54,984 bases of DNA from Ornithinicoccus sp. (GTDB taxonomy: Bacteria > Actinomycetota > Actinomycetes > Actinomycetales > Dermatophilaceae). Made by a program: the position numbers and the translations under genes. Location: NCBI GenBank assembly GCA_035303365.1, contig DATGRS010000140.1:1-54984 (forward strand). The letters run 5' to 3'. The stretch's first letter is position 1; every line of letters starts with the position of its first letter. The notes below the pieces were generated by a model. It was not told where the DNA came from. It did not search any database and was given only the letters and a program-made list of their open reading frames with translations. Below, piece by piece: positions 50,216-54,984 of this stretch.

Positions 50216-50451
50216 GGGTTGGAGAGTAGTGCGCAGCGCTGGAGGTTGGCTGGAGGTGGCTCGGGCACTGCCGGAGCCGTGCCGTGCCGGCGCGCTGCCC
50301 ACGGCCGCCATGCCACCGGCCAACGCGCCTCGGGCGCGCGCCGTGCCACCGGCCCGCTGCCTCCGACCCGTCCGACACGTCCACGGGACCTCCGCCTGCG
50401 AGGAGTCTCCCTGCCGATCGCCGGCATACCGCGGCTGGCTAGGCTGACCGG

Positions 50452-50493
50452 CAAGGTCCCGGCTGGGGCGGACAAGGTCCCGGCTGGGGCGGA
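50452..50493. repeat. 21-bp exact tandem duplication CAAGGTCCCGGCTGGGGCGGA
   Basis: Copies at 50452 and 50473, just upstream of the rpiB-like ribosome-binding site. Confidence 0.9.
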
Positions 50494-50514
50494 CACCGTG
50501 CGAAAGGATCAGCC

Positions 50515-50955
50515 ATGCGCGTCGTCATCGGAGCACCGGGCAACGGGACAGCACTCAAGGACGAACTGAGGGCCTACCTCGAGGCGGACGATCGCGTCAG
50601 TGAGGTCCTGGACCTGTCCACCGCCGACATCACCTACCCGGACGTGTCATTCCAGGCGGCCCAGGCGGTGCTGGACGGCAGAGCCGACCGTGGGATTCTG
50701 GTCTGTGGGACCGGAGTGGGCACCGCGATCGCGGCGAGCAAGGTGCCGGGTGTGCGCGCTGCGACCGCGCACGACGTGATCACGGTGCGCGGTTCGGTCG
50801 AGAACTACGACGCGCAGATCATCTGTATGGGCCAGAACGTCATCGCCGCACCCGCCGCCACCGCTCTGCTCGACGTCTGGCTGGACGCGCGCCACGACCC
50901 CGCCAGCTCCTACGGTCCGAAGCTCGAGGAGATCGCCGCCTTCGAGGCGCGCTGA
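50515..50955 (+). CDS. RpiB/LacA/LacB family sugar-phosphate isomerase
   Basis: YPD, GILVCGTGVG, ASKVPGVRAA. Confidence 0.85.
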   Translation: MRVVIGAPGNGTALKDELRAYLEADDRVSEVLDLSTADITYPDVSFQAAQAVLDGRADRGILVCGTGVGTAIAASKVPGVRAATAHDVITVRGSVENYDAQIICMGQNVIAAPAATALLDVWLDARHDPASSYGPKLEEIAAFEAR

Positions 50956-50974
50956 CCGGCGGAGACTCTCCCCA

Positions 50975-51125
50975 CCGACCGTGGGTTCGTCCGACCGGCC
51001 GCGGGTTTGGCCTACGACCGCGGGCCTTCTGTGTCAGACCGGCCGCGGGTTTGTCCTACAGACGACGGGTTTGTCCCACCGACCAGCGGAAACAACCCGC
51101 AGCCGGTGGGAGGAACCCGCGGTCG
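50975..51125. repeat. Degenerate 20-bp repeat array: 5 direct plus 2 inverted copies
   Basis: Consensus approximately CCGRCCGCGGGTTTGTCCYA at 50975, 50995, 51015, 51039 and 51059; inverted copies in about 51090-51125. Confidence 0.75.
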
Positions 51126-51184
51126 CTTCGCGCAGCGACCCGCGACCTCAGTCCACGAGGCCGACGGCACTGGCGGAAGGAGCC

Positions 51185-51439
51185 TCAGTCCAGGAGGCGG
51201 AAGGAGCCGGCGTCAGCCAGGGCACGCGCGATCGCGGCCCGGTCGGCCGTCACCGACTCCTTGTGCTTCACGATGAGCCGGGCCACGTCCGTGTCGGACA
51301 CCTCGAAGGTCGCCTGACCAAGTCCCAGCTCCGCGAAGACGTCGTAGAGGCTCTGCAGTGCCGTGCGCACGTCGTCCTCGGAGCGCACGCCCTGCACTGT
51401 GAGGGTGGTGGAGGCGATGGGGTCTTCGGTCCCAGTCAT
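51185..51439 (-). CDS. Small protein, possible HMA/ferredoxin-like fold without CxxC
   Basis: TTLTVQGVRSEDDVRTAL...AIARALADAG; TGATG coupling with the upstream gene. Confidence 0.65.
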   Translation of the reverse strand: MTGTEDPIASTTLTVQGVRSEDDVRTALQSLYDVFAELGLGQATFEVSDTDVARLIVKHKESVTADRAAIARALADAGSFRLLD

Positions 51440-52947
51440 CAGATCCTTCCGTTGAACGCCTGCAGGGCGGAGTCCTCGCGCGTGCCGCCCCTGCCGTCAC
51501 CATAGTCGGCGTAGTCGGCGACCCAGCGGATGGAGCGGACCCACTTCACGTGCTTGTAGCCGTGGTTGGACTCCACCCGCAGACGTACCGGCCCACCGAG
51601 GTACTCCTCGATCTCGTGCCCGTTGCGCTCGTAGGCCAGGATCGTGTCCTGCTCCCCGACGGTCTCGAGGTCGATGGCGGCGTAGAAGGGCTCGCGCGGA
51701 CGGTTGTCGATCATCTTCTGCGCCAGCCCGTAGGACTCCACGATCACGTAGTTCGCGCCCTCCGGCCGCTCCCCCAGCAGGTCCGCGAGACGGACTCCGG
51801 TCCAGCGGCTGGTCGCCGACCACCCCTGCATGCAGGTGTGGGTGGCGATGTAGGAGGCCTCGGGGAAGTCGCGAAGCTCCGCGAGCGTGAGCTCGCGGCT
51901 GGTCCCGGAGATGTCGTCGCTCACGGTGATCGTGTAGCCCTGCCAGTCGGCCTCACGCGCCGCGGCAAACTCCGGGGACTCCTCCTGCGTGGGCGGCAGC
52001 CCGTTCGTCCAGTGGAACTCCGAGATGTCCTCGTCGGTGTACGACGTCTGCTCGGCGCCGCGCGGCCGCATCCAGTTGAGGAAGATCTTGCGTCCGATCT
52101 CGGTGAACGGGACGAGGAACCGGTGGGCGCGGACGCGGTCGGCGAGGGTCCAGTAGCTGAGCCCGATCCAGAAGAGGGCCACGGCCACGATCGTCGCCAC
52201 GATGATGACGAAGGCCTGCGCATAGCGTGCCGTGTCGACGTCACCGAAGACCATGTGGACCAGGTTGTACTCGCGGTGCACGAGGAAGACGAGACCGACG
52301 TGCATGACCACGAAGCCGGCCATCAGCACCATGGCGATGAAGTGCAGGGAGCGCGCACCCTGGTGGCCTCCCCAGAACTTGACGTACCACGGGTAGCGGG
52401 ACCGGATGGCCGGTGCCATCGCGACGCCGGTGAGCATCATGAAGGGGGCCAGGATGAAGATGACGAAGGTGTAACCAAGCATCTGCAGCGCGTCATACGG
52501 CTGGTAGTGCTCGATCGAGGGAGTCTCGAAGGACAGGTAGACCAGCAGGGAGTCCCACGCCTCGGGGAAGACGTCCCAGGACGTCGGGATGATCCGACGC
52601 CACAGCCCGGTTCCGAAGAGCAGCGCCACGTAGACGATGCCGTTGAGCACCCAGAGCATCACCGACAGGCCGTGCCAGTGGCGACCCAGGCCGATGTTCT
52701 CCCGCCCCGGGAGGGCGAGGAGCGGCGACATTGACTTCTCGTCCATGAGGGAGGTGTAGACCCCCTCCTCCTTGGGCAGCTCGCGCTTGGTGAACTTCAG
52801 CCACTCCGTCCCCGGCGCACAGTCCTTGCGCCACCACAGGCGGGGCAGGGAGGACAGGATCTCCCAGCCCGAGCGCAGCAGCATGCCGATCAGGATGAAG
52901 TTGATCAGGTGGGAGGCGCGGAGCCAGATGGGGAAGTCTGGGTTCAT
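51439..52947 (-). CDS. Molybdopterin-dependent oxidoreductase (sulfite oxidase family) fused to a cytochrome b-like membrane domain
   Basis: N-terminal WLRASH...GRHWH...RSLHF...MH heme ligands; HTCMQGWS, WTGV, GGPVRL, GYKHVKW. Confidence 0.85.
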   Translation of the reverse strand: MNPDFPIWLRASHLINFILIGMLLRSGWEILSSLPRLWWRKDCAPGTEWLKFTKRELPKEEGVYTSLMDEKSMSPLLALPGRENIGLGRHWHGLSVMLWVLNGIVYVALLFGTGLWRRIIPTSWDVFPEAWDSLLVYLSFETPSIEHYQPYDALQMLGYTFVIFILAPFMMLTGVAMAPAIRSRYPWYVKFWGGHQGARSLHFIAMVLMAGFVVMHVGLVFLVHREYNLVHMVFGDVDTARYAQAFVIIVATIVAVALFWIGLSYWTLADRVRAHRFLVPFTEIGRKIFLNWMRPRGAEQTSYTDEDISEFHWTNGLPPTQEESPEFAAAREADWQGYTITVSDDISGTSRELTLAELRDFPEASYIATHTCMQGWSATSRWTGVRLADLLGERPEGANYVIVESYGLAQKMIDNRPREPFYAAIDLETVGEQDTILAYERNGHEIEEYLGGPVRLRVESNHGYKHVKWVRSIRWVADYADYGDGRGGTREDSALQAFNGRI

Positions 52948-53201
52948 CACTCTGTCTCTTCCACGAGCGCGGGTTAGGAGCGGTTCCGCCCCAGCTGGCC
53001 TCGGTTGAGTCCATCTCCCAAGGAGTGTAGGGGGTTCTAGGAGGGGCGGTTTGCCGTGGGTCTGCGGGTCAACCTGGTCCGGTGGCGTCTCGCAGAGTTC
53101 CGGGCGAGCCGGCACGGCTCAGGAACGCAGAGGGCGCCCATGGCGAGGCGCGTTCGGGCAGGTTTCCCCGAGAAGGCGAGCGGTCGGCATACGCTCGAGG
53201 G

Positions 53202-53792
53202 GTGGACACCCCCGCCTTGACCGTCGTCGCCGTGGCGGCGCTGGTGGTCGCGCTGGTAGCCGCCGTGCTCGGATGGGTAGCCCACCGACGGCACCAGCTG
53301 ATCCAGCGGCGGTTCGCGGTGCTCTGGGGTGATGGCGAGGCGGACGTCGCGACCGTGCTCGCGGGCCAGGCCCGACGCCTGAGCGCCGAGCGCACGCGGA
53401 TCGACACACTCCAGACAGAGGTGGCAGCGCTCAAGGGTGACCTGGCACAGACCCTGCAGCACGTGGCCGTCGTGCGCTATGACGCGTTCGGCGACATGGG
53501 CGGGCAGATGTCGTTCTCCGCGGCCGTGATCGACGACAACGGTGACGGCATGGTGATCAGCTCGATCCACGCGCGAGGGGAGTCGCGCACCTATGCCAAG
53601 GGGATCGTCGGCGGCGGCAGCGACACGACCCTTACGCCCGAGGAGCAGCAGGCGCTCGCGGCCGCCCGAGACGACAGCGCGACGATCGTCCGGCCGCGTC
53701 CCGACGAGAGCCGCACCGGCAACCCGACCTCACCGGCTCGGGTCGCGGAGGACGTCACGCTGACTGACGGATTACCAGACTCTGCGGATTGA
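53202..53792 (+). CDS. DUF4446 family membrane-anchored protein
   Basis: N-terminal TM helix; VVRYDAFGDMGGQMSFSAA...SRTYAK...LTPEE. Confidence 0.8.
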   Translation: MDTPALTVVAVAALVVALVAAVLGWVAHRRHQLIQRRFAVLWGDGEADVATVLAGQARRLSAERTRIDTLQTEVAALKGDLAQTLQHVAVVRYDAFGDMGGQMSFSAAVIDDNGDGMVISSIHARGESRTYAKGIVGGGSDTTLTPEEQQALAAARDDSATIVRPRPDESRTGNPTSPARVAEDVTLTDGLPDSAD

Positions 53793-54972
53793 CCGTCACC
53801 GTCATGGCGGTGGCCCGTCCCAGCGTGTCGCCGTCCAGTTGGATCTCCACCGGCTTCTCCGCGATGACCTCGACCGTCTGCATGGTGAAGAACTCCATCC
53901 GCGGGTGACCCTTCGTCTGCCGGGTCACAACGCTGGACAGCACGGCGCCCCACCCCACGAGGCCCTTCGGCGCGAGGAGCACCATGTCGAGGATCCCGTC
54001 GTCTGCCTTCGCCTGCGGCACCAGGTTGAGCCCAGGGGTCAACTTGCCCACGTTGCCGACCAGCACGCTGCGGACCCGTCGGTTCAGCCGGTCGTCCTCG
54101 TCGGTGCGGATGTGCACCTTGAACTGAGGGCCCCGCAACAGCTGCGCCGCGGAGAAGATGTAGGCACCCCACCCCATCTGCTTCTTGAGCTTCTCCGGGG
54201 CGTTGGCCATCACCTCGGCGTCGAAGCCGAGACCCGCCATGACGAGGAAGATGTGGTCCTCGACCTCCCCCTGGCCCTCGCCGGGCAGCGGTGGCAGCTC
54301 GTCCAGGTCGTCGGTGTCCACCGGAGGTGGGGCCTCCTCGTCATCGGCCCCGAACAGCGGACGACGCAGCCGGAGCGTCGCGGTGTCGATCCGGTGGTCG
54401 CGGCCGGTGAGGGCCACCGCCAGCCCCTGGGCCGGGTTGGTCACGGGGAGCGACAGGTTGCGCGCCAGGAGGTTGCCGGTTCCGCCGCTGAGCAGCCCCA
54501 TCGGGACGTCGGTGCCGACCAGTGCGGAGCCGACGATCCGCACGGTGCCGTCCCCGCCGAGCGCGCAGACCAGGTCGACCCCTTCGGCGAGAGCCTGCTT
54601 GGTCTGCCCGTAGCCGGGGTCCTCGATCGTCGTCTCCAACCAGAGCGGCTCGGCCCAGCCGTGCTTGCGGCAGACGGCCTCGAGCTCGGAGCGGATCCGT
54701 GCGGTGCCTGCGGCGCCCTGGAACTTGGTCGGGTTGACCACGATGGCGGCGCGCAGCCGACCGTCGGTCCGGGTCTGCTCGGAGATGGCCGGGGCGGTGT
54801 CGGTGCCTCCACCAGACGGCGCCCGTCCCCGGCCCGATCCGTCAGCCATGGCGTATGCCGTGCCGGACCGGCGGCTCGCGGCCGTCGCGTCCGTGTTGGC
54901 GAGACTGATGAGCCAGCCGATGACAGCGAGCTGCACGAGCACGATGAGGATCAGCAGCCACCAGTTGGTCAC
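53755..54972 (-). CDS. Diacylglycerol/lipid kinase family protein
   Basis: VVNPTK, GGDGT, GTGNLLARNL, GLGFDA, QLDGD; N-terminal TM helix. Confidence 0.9.
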   Translation of the reverse strand: MTNWWLLILIVLVQLAVIGWLISLANTDATAASRRSGTAYAMADGSGRGRAPSGGGTDTAPAISEQTRTDGRLRAAIVVNPTKFQGAAGTARIRSELEAVCRKHGWAEPLWLETTIEDPGYGQTKQALAEGVDLVCALGGDGTVRIVGSALVGTDVPMGLLSGGTGNLLARNLSLPVTNPAQGLAVALTGRDHRIDTATLRLRRPLFGADDEEAPPPVDTDDLDELPPLPGEGQGEVEDHIFLVMAGLGFDAEVMANAPEKLKKQMGWGAYIFSAAQLLRGPQFKVHIRTDEDDRLNRRVRSVLVGNVGKLTPGLNLVPQAKADDGILDMVLLAPKGLVGWGAVLSSVVTRQTKGHPRMEFFTMQTVEVIAEKPVEIQLDGDTLGRATAMTVTVNPQSLVIRQSA

Positions 54973-54984
54973 GTGGTCAAGGTA

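Noticed and set aside
50975-51125. Possible CRISPR array or tRNA
   Set aside because: No spacers, no cloverleaf or T-loop consensus
52948-53201. Moco or other riboswitch in the 250-bp leader of the molybdoenzyme
   Set aside because: Could not match consensus elements by eye; an Rfam/Infernal search would be needed

Overview
High-GC actinobacterial chromosome segment, most consistent with a non-mycolic Micrococcales such as Ornithinimicrobiaceae/Intrasporangiaceae (inference from gene content). It holds about 55 CDSs; I recognise no rRNA, tRNA, transposase, prophage or CRISPR. The left third is cell-envelope glycan machinery: an AftD-like arabinofuranosyltransferase cluster resembling mycobacterial Rv0224c-Rv0226c/aftD/Rv0236A (interrupted by nhaA-DsbA and a frameshifted aidB-like gene), nadE, a DesK/DesR-like two-component pair, a nucleotidyltransferase + PqqD/RRE-like pair, a BY-kinase and the dTDP-rhamnose genes. 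The rest is mixed housekeeping: cell-wall peptidase, Fpg/Nei, WS/DGAT, AAA ATPase, ABC exporter, P1B ATPase with chaperone, rhodaneses, a solitary MurE, HtrA-like protease, MazEF5-like TA, RpiB-like isomerase and a molybdo-oxidoreductase. Most striking observations: (1) the non-palindromic 8-mer CGGCATAC occurs at least 33 times, on both strands, in several reading frames and between genes; (2) a stand-alone MurE has EDHR in place of DNPR and resembles Deinococcus-type ornithine-adding ligases; (3) the nucleotidyltransferase-RRE pair has no visible RiPP precursor and sits under a probable two-component operator next to polysaccharide genes; (4) several unrelated intergenic tandem-repeat arrays and clear operator palindromes. 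All family assignments come from motif recognition, not database searches.
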